A program made the translations under genes and the position numbers. This document shows positions 17,127-37,899 of a DNA stretch of 64,000 bases, piece by piece. Within the stretch, counting starts at the first letter, position 1; the number at the start of each line of letters is the position of its first letter. The notes beneath the pieces are model-generated. The model ran no database searches, was not told where the DNA came from, and saw nothing but the letters and a program-made list of their open reading frames with translations. Source of the stretch: the human T2T-CHM13v2.0 reference genome, Homo sapiens; assembly GCF_009914755.1 (NCBI RefSeq), contig NC_060934.1; one strand, given 5' to 3'.

Positions 17127-17145
17127 GGAGGTCATGGTGACCTCC
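17127..17145. promoter_or_regulatory. Perfect estrogen response element, copy 2
   Basis: Identical GGAGGTCAtggTGACCTCC; function not shown. Confidence 0.7.
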
Positions 17146-17194
17146 ATGAGCAGCTCTGTTTCTGTCTGTGGTTCAAAAGGATGGGACCCAGTAA

Positions 17195-17692
<498 letters not shown>

Positions 17693-18317
17693 GAGTTTTT
17701 TCACTTTCCCAGGGTTTCCGTGTAAATACTACACAATTACCAACCAAATGTCTGTCCTTCCTCCGTTTCCATAAATGTCAAGGGCTCCACTGTAAGGGGG
17801 AAGCATGGACCCCCACTCCAGGAAGACTTCCTGGACAGACCCCACCCAGGCACCTGCTGACCGGGTTCACTTCCAAATCAGGATACTGGCTTGTCCTGGT
17901 TTGTCCATATTTCCCCGGTTTCAACCTCGACAGTCAGGTCACCCCTACCTCCAGCTAACCCTCGTGCCACAGGCTTGTTGAAAGTTAGATGGCCTCATTT
18001 TAGAAAAACAGATTTAAAAACCTCATTCGTGTTTGAACATGGAAAGAAAGAATAAGAAAGTAGGCTTTATGGCCCTGGGCTACTGGCTTGAAACTTTGGA
18101 AGATATTTTTCTTTCTTAAAATGTTTTTATGTTTAGGAGATATGTTCTACATGCACATAGCGAACATCCTACCCAATAGGCAGTTTTTCAACCCTCACCC
18201 CCGCTGCCATCCTCCCAACTTTTGGAGTCTCCAATGTCTATTATTCCATCCTGTGTGTCTGTGTGTTACCCATTGTTTAGCTCCCAAAGAAGAGATATTA
18301 TATATATGTACATATAT

Positions 18318-18676
<359 letters not shown>

Positions 18677-18699
18677 TAAATTAATTAATTAATTAATTA

Positions 18700-19335
<636 letters not shown>

Positions 19336-19342
19336 TTATTAG

Positions 19343-19718
<376 letters not shown>

Positions 19719-20196
19719 AATAGTTGTGTCTTTGGTGAAAACATTCTAGAAGTTGAACGTCATCTGTTTATAATAAATGAGTCAGCATGTGGTCCTCCAA
19801 GAATCTCGTCTGCTATTGTCACCCCATTTCCCGGGTCCTGTTTATAAATGGGGTATGACAAAGGGAACCCACTTCAAGCTGAAATCATCTGTTGTTCAAA
19901 TCCTGGATTATAGAAAGGCTTTTTCACTTATGATTTCAGTGAAGCAAAAGGTCATGTTATCATGACTGCTTTATAGGAAATGGATTTCTTAACCTTCTAA
20001 AACTTTTGAAAATTCATTTTTGAATGAGTAATATGTAACACATGGCCTGACAGTAAATCCCAATCCACGTTATGGAAAAACCGACTTGACTGAATAAGCA
20101 GGCAGTCCATTGTTTCTCTGTGGTTGTGTTCTTTTCTCTGGCTTCTGTGAGAAATAACTGAATGACGGGTAAAGCCTATTAAAAGTCAGGCAGTAT

Positions 20197-20520
<324 letters not shown>

Positions 20521-20539
20521 TCAGGCAGTGTGTAACAAA

Positions 20540-22500
<1,961 letters not shown>

Positions 22501-22623
22501 ATTCAGGGATCAGTGATGAGAGCCTGAGATGAGGCGAGGACTGTGATTGCTCCCACCCTCTCTACCTGAGGTCCAGAAAGCAAGAAAGAATGAAGAGTTC
22601 CCTTTTGACCTGTTACAAGATCA

Positions 22624-23434
<811 letters not shown>

Positions 23435-23687
23435 TCATTTGGCCTCTTCTTTCTGTTGCTCAAACACTCAAGACTTACGACTCAGGGCCTCTGCAAGTTC
23501 CCCCTGCCTGGAGCAGTGATAGGGTGACTCTTTACCAGCAATATGAGGATCCCATTTGTTTGGATCATTTGTAAAGGTAACTTTTCCCATTTGTAACTAA
23601 AAAGTTATCTGTGGAGGGATCCTTTGCAGTCACTCACAAAGTGTGAATAAAATATCCTGTTCCCAATAATCTTTATAAAAAATTTAA

Positions 23688-24050
<363 letters not shown>

Positions 24051-24059
24051 TAATTTCTA

Positions 24060-24600
24060 ATGTAAACATTTTTAATTGTGGTAAATACACTTATAATTTA
24101 CCATCTTCAACATTTTTAAGTATACAGCTCAGTGGTGTTAAATATATTCAGTGTTGTACAACCATCACCACCAACCATCTCTAGAACTTTTTCATCCTGC
24201 AAGACTGAAACTCTGCACCCATTAAACAATAACTCTCATTCTTCACAATCCCCAGCTCCTGGCAGCCACCATTCTTTCTGTCTCTGAATCTGACTATTCT
24301 AGGGAACTCATGTGAGTGGAATCTTACAACATTTGTCTGTTTGTGCCTGGCCTATTTCACTTAGCATCAAGTGCTCACGGCTCATCCACGTTGTAGCATG
24401 GGTCAGAATTTCCATCTTTTTGGAGGCGGAGTAATGTTCTGTGTGTTTAGTCACATTTTGTGTATCCATTCATCTGTTGATGGACACATGGATTACTCTA
24501 CCTTCTGGCTGTTGTCAATAATGCTGCTGCGAACATGGGTCTACAAACATCTCTTTGAAACCTTGCTTTCAATTCTTTGGGGTGTGTATATACAAGGAAT
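24060..24600 (-). mobile_element. L1MB 3' fragment nested in an L1MC-like relic (about 23570-25250)
   Basis: ttgtacaaccatcaccacca...gaaactctgcacccattaaacaataactc...tatccattcatctgttgatggacac. Confidence 0.8.
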
Positions 24601-25639
24601 AATCTTTTATTTCATAGCTTTAGCATCTATTGATGATTCTTGAGTGAAACACTTATCAGAGTGTCCGTAAAATGGCTATTTACCATTTTTGTCATTCTTT
24701 CCACATTTATTAGTTGGCATTCTTTTGTAAAGAAGCTCTTTCCTGCCCATCCTCCCTTTTACTAGCTTTAATTTCATCATCATTATTAATAGTAGTAATA
24801 GTACCAATGTGGACTCCGGGATTTTTAAAATTATGACTGCATGTGTTAGAATCCATTCCTGACATACTCAATTGATGCTCAAGCCACTCCCAGTTTGGGT
24901 GAGAACCCTTTCAGGCTGGCTGCTGTGTCCTTGACACGCCCCCTTCAGCTTTTGAGCTCTGTCTTAACTCCTGTTCCAGGCTCCTTGTGTCCTTCCCAGT
25001 CTCGGCCTTGGGAGCAGCCACTCCTCCAAGGATCCCTGGGTACTTTCAGTGGAGGATGGTCCTTAGAAGGCTGGATCTGGGCTTTTGTGTGCCTCTTCTT
25101 GCTACCGGAGTGTCCGTGTTTCCAGGGCGTTTTTCATGGATGGAGCTGGGAAACATTTTAAAATTGTAAATTCAAACGGATCAGTTATTCCAGTCCAGCA
25201 GCACAGAGTTCTTCCTCTCTTTCCCCCGTCCCATAATTGTATCTTTCATTTGCTTTCTGTGTTTTCCCCAGGAATGTTGTCTTCATCTTGAATCTCCTTT
25301 GCTACTGGCTGTACTCATTAGCAACATAAAATTCCTCGTGATAACCTCTGACCCCTATCCCATGTGTGATGACACCGAGTTGAGGGAGATCAGACATTCA
25401 ATGCAGAGGTGGGGGCCAAGACCAAGCCTCCTGGGGCTTAAGAAAATATCTCCAGAGACGGGAAGTCTGGAAGGGAACTCCATCACGAATATTTTATGTT
25501 CCCTCCCTCTATTGTTCTCAATCACTGCACAAGTGTATATTACTTTTTTTAATAACAAAAAGGAACTTTTAAGGTAACCCCCCACAACCCTATATAGACT
25601 GGATGTCAACTCTTTAGTCCTAGATACACCTGGAGCCTG

Positions 25640-26470
25640 GCGTCGTGGGGACAGAGGCAGGTCCCTGTGCTGAGGGCGGTAAGACAGGGCGGGTAGGTGG
25701 GGACCCAGCTGGGAGGTAGGGGGGCCAGACGGGACATCAGCTCCCGGGAGCCCCGCTCTGGGCACGGTGCGCGCCCCCACCCTCCATTGCACCCCGCGCC
25801 TGCTTCCTCCCAGGTGCACCTCGGGCGCCTAAGCCAGCTGGGTCCCGGGCCCCGGGAGCAGCTGCGGGCCCGACGGGGGCGTGGCGGGACCGGCGGGGGC
25901 GGGGCCTGGGGGTGGTCCGCGCGGATTGGCTGCTGCCTGCGGCGCACGAGCCGGTCAGCGCGCACCCCGCCCTTCCCGGGCCGTGCGGCACGCCGTGTTC
26001 ACGTGCTGTCGCGCGCCCTCCCGGCGTGCGCCGCGCGGCCCCAGCCTGCTCTGCGGGGACTGTCCGGCTCGTGAGCTCCGCGTGGATCCGGCGCTGGGCC
26101 CCCTGCGCTCTGGGGACCTGGGGTTGTGTTTCCGGCAAAGGATGTTTTCCGTGAAGGCCTGGGAGCGGCTGTAAATAATACCCGAGAGGAAATAGGCCCG
26201 GCAGGTGTTTTTGCGCGTCCCGGCGTTGGGTGTGGCTGCGGCGGGCGTGCAGGCCGCAGATGAGGAAACAGACTAGGAGGGATTTAGGCATCTGGACTCT
26301 GCGGGGCGGCCCGGGCGCGCAGCCCGTTTCCCTGTGGGTTGAGGGCGCGGGAGAAGTGGGCGGCCCACCCCACCCCGCGCGTGGATGCGGGGCTGGGGCA
26401 GGTCCGCGGTGGAGGCGCCGCCCAAGCTCTCTGAGCACCCGGGGACCGCTCCTAGCCCCCAGTGTGGGAC
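25640..26470. promoter_or_regulatory. CpG island 2, probable promoter (likely plus strand, non-coding first exon)
   Basis: GC box ggggcggggc 25896-25905, ATTGG 25925-25929, CACGTG 26000-26005, candidate donor CTC|GTGAGC at 26070/26071. Confidence 0.78.
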
Positions 26471-26684
26471 ACAGACTCCCTGAGGACCTCGTATGCGTTG
26501 GGTCTGTGGCTCCATCCGAATCTTCATGAACAGGGCCTGCGGTGAATTTGGGGAGAGTGAGTGAGCGGGTGAAGGGTCAGGAAATAAGTCACAGGAGGCA
26601 TGGTTGAAGAATTGGGGATGTTTAACCCAGACGTGGCAGGACTGGGCACACTTGACCCCTGTCTGGAAGTATTTGAAAGACTTC

Positions 26685-27657
26685 TGAAGGGGGCCAGCCC
26701 CTCCACACCTGTGGGTGTTTCTCGTCAGGTGGGAGGAGATACTGAGAAAAGAAATAAGACACAAAGTATAAAGAACAGTGGGCCCAGGGGACTGGCACTC
26801 AGCATACGAAGGACCCGCACTGGTGGCCGTCTCTGAGTTCCCTCAGTATTGATCATTATTTTTACTATCTTGGCGAGGGGAGTGTAGCAGGGCAACAGGT
26901 GGGGAGAAGGTCAGCAGGGAAACATGTGAGCAAAGGAATCTGTATCATGAATAAGTTCAAGGAAAGGTACTGTGCCCTGATGTGCACATAGGCTAAGTTT
27001 ATGTTTCCCTTTACTCAGACATCTCAGTGTAGCAAAGAGTAACAGAGCAGTATTGCTGCCAGCATATCGCCTACAGCCACAGGGCGGTTTTCTCCTATCT
27101 CAGAATAGAACGAATGGGATTGGTCTGCTTTACACCGAGACATTCCATTCCCAGGGATGAGCAGGAGACAGAAGGCTTCCTCTTATCTCAACTGCAAAGA
27201 GGCCCCCTCTCTTTCACTACTTCTCAGTACAGACCCTTTACGGGTGTCTGGCTGGGGCACGGTCACGTCTTTCCCTTCCCAGGAGGCCATATCTCAGGCT
27301 GTCTCAGTGGGGGGAAACCTTGGACAATACCCAGGCTTTCTTGGGCAGAGGTCCCTGCAGCCTTCTGCAGTGCATGGTGTCCCTGGTTAATCGAGAATGG
27401 AGAATGGCGATGACTTTTACCAAGCATACTGCCTGCAAACATATTGTTAACAAGGCACATCCTGCACGGCCCTGAATCCATTAAACCTTGATTCAATACA
27501 GCACATGTTTCTGTGAGCATAGGGTTGGGGCTACAGTTACAGGTTAACAGCATCTCAAAGCAGAAACAATTTTTCTTAGTATAGATCAAAATGGAGTTTC
27601 TTGTGTCTTCCTTTTCTGCATAGACACAGTAACAATCTGATCTCTCTTTTCCCCACA
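26685..27657 (-). mobile_element. HERV-K(HML-2) solo LTR (LTR5A/LTR5B type)
   Basis: Minus strand starts tgtggggaaaagagagatcagattgttactgtgtct and ends gagaaacacccacaggtgtggaggggctggcccccttca; 973 bp; TSD ACTTC at 26680-26684 and 27658-27662. Confidence 0.96.
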
Positions 27658-27681
27658 ACTTCCTTATGAGGAAGAGGCTAG

Positions 27682-28589
<908 letters not shown>

Positions 28590-29010
28590 TTAGTATTTTT
28601 TTTTTTCTGAGCCTCTTCCTCCTTCCACTCAATGCATCTATTTTAGTGGAATGGGTTCCTTTGTGAACAATGATGTTGCAGTTATTCATGAAGTAATAAA
28701 GCGTTTGTGTATTGATTGATTTCTTTGGACTGGAGGGTTTGCCCAGCCCTGTTGAGCTTTGTCATTGTCTACCTCAGGGGAAGAGGGAGATTGTCGCTGG
28801 TCAGAGGAGAATGCCAGGGCTTCTCTCAGACGGAGGCAGCCTCCCATCTCACCGCAAGTCGGATCTTGAGTAGCACCTGTTTCGGCCCATTGCCCCTTTA
28901 ACAAGGGGCCCAGGTGCCCTTGGACTTGCTAGAAGAATAATCATGACTTTGAGTTTAACAAATGTGGTCACAGTATTCCACTGCAGTCCACCTTTCCCAC
29001 TTCTCCTAGC

Positions 29011-29343
<333 letters not shown>

Positions 29344-30559
29344 TGACACTCCTCCCCTCCACCCCATGTGCCTAGACAAGGCCAGCATGGGACTCACACA
29401 GGAAGAGCTGAGGACTGGAGGAGTGAGTAACTTTTACCTGAGTACGTTTCAGCCCTCCAGGTGGTACCAGGTACAGTCCTCTGAGAAGTCGGGAGGAAAA
29501 CGCCTGTGCGGGTCTCATTCAGCTCTGCGGTCCTCAGTGTCTGTCTGATACTGAGTCTGTAGTGAGGATGCATAACGGGGTAACCCTTTCTGAGCTCCTG
29601 GATTCATTTGCTGAATTAATAGCTTCATACTCTCTGAAGAGAGGAATACTTTAGGAGTCTCTTTTTTGTTTCTGCCACATTTATTAAATTGTCACATTTT
29701 AACACATTTTAAGCCATTTTAACATCTCTTGAGAGAAGGTAGGGGCTGTGGAATGTGTATAAAGAGACAATATCTTGTTTTTCTTGGATCCCTAGCTAGC
29801 AGATGTGATTACAGTTTCTTATCAAGAACTCAGCCAGAAAATACCAGCCAAACCCTCTTCCTCCATTGGATTATCTGAGGCAGCATTCGTATCTGGTGGC
29901 CTCTCTGCTCTGAGCAGTTTGTGGAGCTCCAGAAGATGTCTCTGATGATCCTCTTTTCTTCCTTTCAAGGGATTTCCTAGATTATTCATCCTAAACCTTG
30001 GTCTCATTCCTCTCCTACGCCCTTAGGTGTTAAGGAATTGGATATCTATGGAGATAGCCAGCCCAGCCCTAAGCGACACTGTAGAGAAGGTTAAATTTTG
30101 TTTCTCTTTGCCTGTTTCTGGTCCTTTGTCCCTTGCTAAGTCCCTAGGTCCTTCCTGCTTTTTTCTAGGTCACATCCTCAGATTCTTCATCTGCGTCATC
30201 TCTAAATGACAGATAGTAGCTCAGTTTGCATTTTAACTGATAGCTGAGATCTTTAACTCCAGAGATGCTATCTAACCATTTAGGGACAGGTTAAATCACA
30301 TTGTCTTCTTTCCCTAGCCTGCCCCACTCTCCAACCCCAGCATTTTCATACAGAGGGGCAGCTTAGGTAGGGGTGACTAGAGGTAGTGGGAGGCTGGTGG
30401 AAGATCATGAGGTAGTGAGTCCTGGAATCCTCCACTTTGCTCCCACTTGCTGAGCGAGGGCCCTGGCCACCCACACTGACCATGCTTGTATTCATCAGCT
30501 GTCCTAGAATGTCCTGCCTCAGGCTGGAGGCTGAGGATGCCAGTGAGTGAGGCAGAACG

Positions 30560-30740
30560 GTGGCTTCAGTCAGCCTTCCTGGGTTCTGATGCTACCTCCA
30601 CCACTGAGTAGCTGTGTGACCTTGGAGAATTTCCCAAACATCTCTGTGCTTCAGTTCCCTGATGTGTCAGCCTTATGCAGTTGTGAGGATTAACACGAGC
30701 AGCTAAGCACAAAAGGCTTCTACATGGCCTGGTAGAAAAT
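30560..30740 (+). mobile_element. MIR
   Basis: agctgtgtgaccttgg...tctctgtgcttcagtt...gttgtgaggattaa. Confidence 0.75.
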
Positions 30741-31159
30741 CAGGATGCCACCCTGCTGGTGGCCACTGGAAACCCTATTACAATCCAGAGTGCTTCCTAA
30801 GTGGGCCTTATTATTCCTGTCTTAAAGGAACTTTCTGCCCAGCAATGACAACTTGGCCATTGCTACGACCATTATGCATGAGTTTAACGGGCCAGAAAAT
30901 GGGATGGGGTGGTCTGCACAGCAGCTGCCCACTCGCAGGTGCCGAGTGTATTTGCAGGTCTGTTTGAGCCCTTACATTCAGGCCTGGGGATGGATGTGGG
31001 TGAATGTGCGCGACAGGAGCGAGGCAGCCCCAGTGGTCTGACTTACATTCAAAGCACTTCACGGAATCCATCTGCCCAGACAACCTCCTAAAGTAGTCCT
31101 TCGTTGAATGCCTCTCCCGTCTGCCCCCCGAAAAGTTATCTAAAAGTCCCCACTCCTTA

Positions 31160-31449
31160 TGCTTTCTCTTTTTGAGCCAGAGTCTCGCTCTGTCACCCAG
31201 GCTGGAGTGCACTGGCACGATCTCAGCTCACTGCAACCTCCCCCTGGTTCAAGCAATTATCTTGCCTCAGCCTCCCAAGTAGCTGGGGCTACAGGCATGT
31301 GCCACCACGCCCGGCAAATTTTTTGTATTTTTAGTAGAGACGGGGTCTTGCCATGTTGGCCAGGATGGTCTCGAACTCTTGACCTCAAGTGATCCCCCCG
31401 CCTCAGCCTCCCAAAGTGCTGGGATTACAGGCGTGAGCCACCGCGCCCA
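31160..31449 (-). mobile_element. AluS
   Basis: Alu consensus. Confidence 0.92.
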
Positions 31450-33214
31450 GTCTTCTTATATTTTCTTGTCACAGTGCATCTGCTTGGGTGGCAGGTGCAC
31501 CTACCTGGGGGAGAGCACATTTTCTGTTCTTTTCTTAGTCTTACGCAGGGAGGATTGTGATTGGGACTCTGGCGGCTGTGAGCAGGGTAGGGGGTCTTAA
31601 TTTTAGTGAGCAAGGGGCACGAATGCTCAGACCTGGGCCACCATGGAGTTGTCGGGGTGTGGGTAGGAGACTGGCGTCACCCATAAATGCAGAGTAGACC
31701 CACTTCCTCCAGGATATTTGACTGTGATCTTGGGCCATTGTGTCTGTTCCCCAGGCCCTGAGGGTTCTCCTGGGATAAGATGGGTATGAACTTGCTGCGC
31801 TGATGGTGAAGGCGGGTGGCTGAGGAACAGGAAGAGTGCGTCCAGTACTGCTTAAGAATTCGGTGATGTATCCTGGGCTCTCTAGAGGCTTACAAACATG
31901 TGGAATCTAAAAGTCACTCAGAATTTGGAACTCTCTAAATGTTTATGTCCCAGGGTGAAATCCCAGCCCTGAGCTCTATATATGGGAGTGGCCAGGAGGG
32001 TCTGAGCACCGAGGAAGGACTGGCTTCTGCCTGGCTCCCGGTTTTATGTTTCCCTAACATTGTTATGTCTTGGATGTGTATTTCCTTAAACCTTTCCCAG
32101 GTTCCTTTTGGTTCTGGGTCTAGGACACTGAGAAGATTGAAACATTGGGAGTGCACTGGCCTTGCTCTCTGGAAAGGCTTTACTTTTCCTCTTGCCTATT
32201 TGCAGTTCCCTTAAATTAGTCACATTTTGGGACCCTCTTTTGCATTGAATTTCTGGGACTTCTCTTTGTGGTTATTTTGAAGTGGGGGTGGGAGGACATG
32301 CCTGGGCCCACCCCGTGGTTCTTTAATGAAGACGATGGTTTTCCTTTTAAGCAAAAGAACCTTGTTTACCATTAACCAGAACTCTGGAAATAGATATTTA
32401 ATCCCCAAACAGAGGTGATGGTGTGTCTAGAAGCAATTTAAAGCCTCCATAGCTTGACTAGTCACTTTATCCTGGGCAACTTTTTGGATTGTTTGGTAAT
32501 CTAGAAACGAGAGAGAACGCTAATTGCTTCAACATTAAAGAAACCCACCTTCTAGACTCACTCGTTCCCCCACCCCTCCTTTATGTTTTCTTTCTTGTTC
32601 CTCTAAGAAATGAAATATAGAAGACGAAAATATAAACTGGACTACAGCAGGGTGCAGTGGTGCATGCCTGTAATCCCAGCACTTTGGGAAGGAGGATTGC
32701 CTGAGGCCAGGAGTTTGAGACTGGCCTGGGCCACATAGACCTCCTTCCTACAAAAAATTTAAAAAGTATATTTAAACCAGACTAGAAACTTTCAACCACA
32801 AAAATCCATGGGGTCATTGAGGTGCAAATGGAAAGACCAGGAGCAAAAGTAGAGGGAGCAAAAGTAGAGGGTGGGGACAGTGTGGAGGTGAGGACAGTAT
32901 GGAGGTGGAGACAATGTATGGAGGTGGAGGCGGTGGCTGAGCAGAGCAGGAAAGCTGCTGGGGGCTGTGAGGAGCTAGGTTTGGCTGGGTGACAGCAAGG
33001 GCTGGACAGAAAGTGCTTTCAGAAAAGCCCAAGGATAAAGTCCAAAGAGATTAAAGGTTAAAAAAAAAAGAAAAGCTCAGGAAGAGGAAGATGACAGGTC
33101 CCCAGGGGAAATCTGCCTAATCCAGCAGCTGGGAAGACAGGATACCCTCAGGCCCTTCCTTAGGGCAAAAGGATTACTCCGTGCAGGAAGGAAATATTAC
33201 AAAGTCTTTCTTCT

Positions 33215-33883
33215 CTATTTTATTATTATTATTTTTTTATGAGACGGAGTTTCGCTCTTGTTGCCCAGGCTGGAGTGCAGTGGTGCAATGGTGCAATGGC
33301 GTGTTCTTGGCTCACCGCAACCTCCGTCTCCCGGGTGCAAGTGATTCTCCTGCCCCAGCCTCCCGAGTAGCTGGGATTACAGGCATGCACCACCATGCCA
33401 CCACGCCTGGCTAATTTTGTATTTTTAGTAGAGACGGGATTTCTCCATGTTGGTCAGGCTAGTCTTGAACTCCCGACCTCAGGTGATCCACCCGCCTCAG
33501 CCTCCCAAAGTGCTGGGATTACAGACGTAAGCCACCGGGCCCGGCCCTTCTTCTCTATTTTTAACTCATCTTTTAAAATTGTTCTTTCTTTCTTTTTTTT
33601 TTTTTTGGAGACTGTCTCGTTCTGTTGCTCGGGTTGAAGTGCAGTGGCGCGATCTTGGCTCACTGCAGTCTCAACCTCCTGGGCTCAAGGAATCCTCCCG
33701 GCTCAGCCTCCCAAGAAGCTGGGACTATAGGCGTGTGCTGCCACACTCGGCTAATTTTATTTTTTGTAGAGATGAGGTCCCTCTGTGTTGCTCGGGCTGG
33801 TCTCAAACTCCTGGACTCAAAAGATTCTCCTGCCTTGGCCTCCCAAAGTGCCAAGATGACAGGTGTGAGCCACCACTGCTGGC
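33215..33883 (-). mobile_element. Two antisense Alus (33215-33546 AluS; 33580-33883 AluJ)
   Basis: Alu consensus. Confidence 0.92.
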
Positions 33884-34671
33884 CTAGATATCTATTTTTT
33901 ATATGAAATTTCTATCATGTACATAATGTGTTCGTGCAATAGCACATGTATATTAGATATAGATAAACAGGTTGTTGGGGGTAGAAAAGTTTGGATATCA
34001 GATCAGAAAAGTTTGGATATCTCAGCTCAGAGCCACGATGAGAGTGGGGAGGGAGCCCGCGCTTCTCAAGCTCAAATGCCTAGGAGTCCTTTGGAGATGG
34101 CGTTCAGATGCAGATTCTTGTTCCATAGATCTGGCTGGAGCCCAAAGTTCTGCAGCTGGCGGGCTGATTCAGAAAACATGAGTTGGTGCTTTTCCTCTTT
34201 TTGCCGCCGTACTCCATTGAGAGTCTTAGTCATGGAGGGAAACCCGAAAACCACCGGTGTCCGGGACAGATACTCTGACGCATTCTCCCGGAACACCCTG
34301 GGGACTGCGAGAAAGCCCCTGCTGGCTCACTCGTTTGCTGGGATCAGTTCCCATCAGGCATGCGGCTGTGCTTCTTGGTATCGATTTGCTTCTTGGTCCC
34401 ATGGCTTCTGCAGCCCACGTCGGGAGGGCAAGGTGTGGTGCAGCCTGAGAGAAGCATGCTCCTTTGCAGGAAGGAGAGGGAGGCGCACAGGCGGGCCTTT
34501 TGGAGCAGAGGAGGCAGAGGAGTCCAAGCTGGGTGCAGTTCCTCTGCTGCAGCCCTGAGCTGGGCAGACAGGACACTTCGCTGGCCTTTCCTGGCCTCAT
34601 ACTTGTCACTCGGTGACACTGCGACCAGTGTGAGCAAACGTTCAGAAAGCACATTTAAACACTGTTACTTA

Positions 34672-35067
<396 letters not shown>

Positions 35068-36994
35068 CTAGATGTTCCTGTGACTGCAGTGCTGGGGCGC
35101 ATCTGTCGTCTGTCCTGAAAGCAGGCCGCTCCATGCTCATCTCCCACACCTTCACCTCCTGTTAGGCCAGCGTCCACTGCAGTGGCCCAGCTCTTCCCAG
35201 CATCCCCTTACACAGGATCTGTGTTCCCTTCATGGTTTGGCCTGCATGTCCTTCAACCTGGGACGTCCACTCTCTCTCAGTTCTGTCCTCATTGTGCCCT
35301 ACTTGTCTACTTCGGGAAATCTCCTTCACCACTCACCTCACACCCTTCCTCCAGGAAGCCCTCCCTGACTTTCTAGGCAGAGTTGGAGCCCTCACCCTGG
35401 GCATTTCCACAGCAGAAACTGTCCCACCACAGCCGTTGCTGGTGGTCATGTCTGTGTTTGCCAGCAGCCCACAAGAGGTCGAGGCGCAACCTGTAGTCCT
35501 CAGCTGCTGGGGCCAGGCAGTGGTGTGCTTTCAGCCTGGAGGGGGCGCTCAGGAAGAGGTTGTCCACTTGTGTGCAGCTTTTATGTGTCCTGTGCATATG
35601 GTTACAGCACCGCTTCCTGTGAAGGAGTTGAGCTAGGGGTTGTGCTGAATGCAGAGAACAAGATACAAACTTAAAGAGGCCTAGGGTGTGGCGGGAAACA
35701 CACACCCCTTCCCCCACCTATATATGCTCACGTGAAAAGGTGCAGACAAGTATTTGAGGTAGTGCAGAAAATAAATGCTTGGAGAACAGCAAGGGAGGGA
35801 TGTTAGTAGACACAGAGGGAATAGACAGAGGCAAAGGGGGTTTCTGGGTCTCCAGAGATCTGGGGGGCTAGGTGCAGGAAGGCTTTTTTTGGGAGAGAAG
35901 CAGATCAGCTGCGGGGGTGCAGAGAGAGGGAGGGGAAAGGTTGCTTGAGGCCTCATTGTAGAGGACCTTCCGTGAAGCCTAAGGAGGTTGAACTTGGTCT
36001 TAGTGGCAGTCGGGAGCCAGTGATTGTTTCTGAGCAGGGGAAGAAAACCAAAGTACTGTCTTAGGAAGATGAGTCCCTGTCAGCGGAATGCGCAGTGGAC
36101 ACAAACGGGAGGCGGGGAGGAAGAGATGGGGAGTGAGGGCCTGTGGTCCAGGTGCGGCATTTAGAATTTAATCCGCACAGATAGTAGGCACGGAAAGAAC
36201 ATAGATGATGTGTGCGGGAGTTGAGATTTGGGGATTGACCAGGTGTGGGGATTGGAGCGGCTTGAAGAGGCAAGTTCCAGTAGAAGGAGTCATTAGTCCT
36301 TACACGGTGCTCCTTACTCCAAAGCCTGTATTTTTTCTGCTGACTTCTCTGAGCCTTAGTCTCCTCTTCTGTAAAGTAACGGGCTTGGATCTCTTGTTAT
36401 TTGTTCTGGACTCCTGGCACAGATCTGCTGGTTCCTTCATGCCAATGACCCAGGCCTGTTTACCAGGAGAAGCAGACATCGTGACCTTTCCCGTCCAGCC
36501 TTACAGCCTAGTTTATCAATCCAGGACAGGGGTTCTTAGAAGAGTCCTCTCTGGTAAACAATAAACAAGTGCTGTTCCGTCTGCCTCGCGGTGCCCCCAC
36601 ACCTGCCTGGCCACGTCACACTGGCAGATGGGACGCGGGCATCAGCTCAAGTTCTGTGGAGCGAGAGATTCCGTGGCCCGGGCTGACCTGGGCTTGGAGG
36701 CCTGGAGCTGCCTGCGGCCCCCGCCGAGAAAGCCAGGAGCTGGGGCTCGCTTGTCAGGCGTGTTTCTGTTTCTGTGGCACTGGGCCTGCTGCCCCTGGAC
36801 TGTGGAGACCCAGTGACTGGCGCAGGGTGAGAGCCAGGGTTGGGACCAGTGTGCGGGCACAAAGCCCCAGAGGAAGGTGCGCTCTGGTGGCTCTGGCCCT
36901 GTGATCTCCGTGCAGCCCTCCCACGGCTCTGCTGGGGGAAGCTCTGGGGTCCCTGTGTGTGTAAAAACTCTGGGCCTGAGGAATAGCTTCTACT

Positions 36995-37393
<399 letters not shown>

Positions 37394-37899
37394 TAGAGAG
37401 AATATGAGGTTGTCATTTCAATGGCCATTATGACCAGAAAATTGTGAGATTGCATCTCTCAGTCTTGCTCCGTCCCCTCTCTTCTTTCCCTCCTTTCCAT
37501 CATGGCACTTTGGGGCACTTTCAGGTACACAGAGTGTTGGCAATAACAGTAAATATCCTGAGGTGGGGAGCACTTGGATTTGCCTGGCATGGATTGCGTG
37601 TTTGTAGGTGGGAACTCATCCGAGTGTGGGGACCACAGTGCTGTTGTCATCCCCGTATGACAGATGGCACAGCTGGGGCACCGCAGGCGCCAACTAGCCC
37701 GGATCTCTCACTGACCAGCGCTAGGGCTGCAATAGGAACCTGGCTGGCTGGCTCCAGGGCCCGGGCTCTTATCCGGGAACAGTGTTGTTCTTATTTGCCT
37801 AGATCAACAAAGTCACTGTAGAGAAAGACAAAAACAAAACAAAATCCAAACCAAGTAAGCCAAAAAAAGCTTAGCCTGGGGACCCAGTTCTACATTTGG

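Noticed and set aside
25355-26764. ORFs across island 2 (and likewise island 3)
   Set aside because: Stop-poor GC-rich sequence with no domain or frame preference
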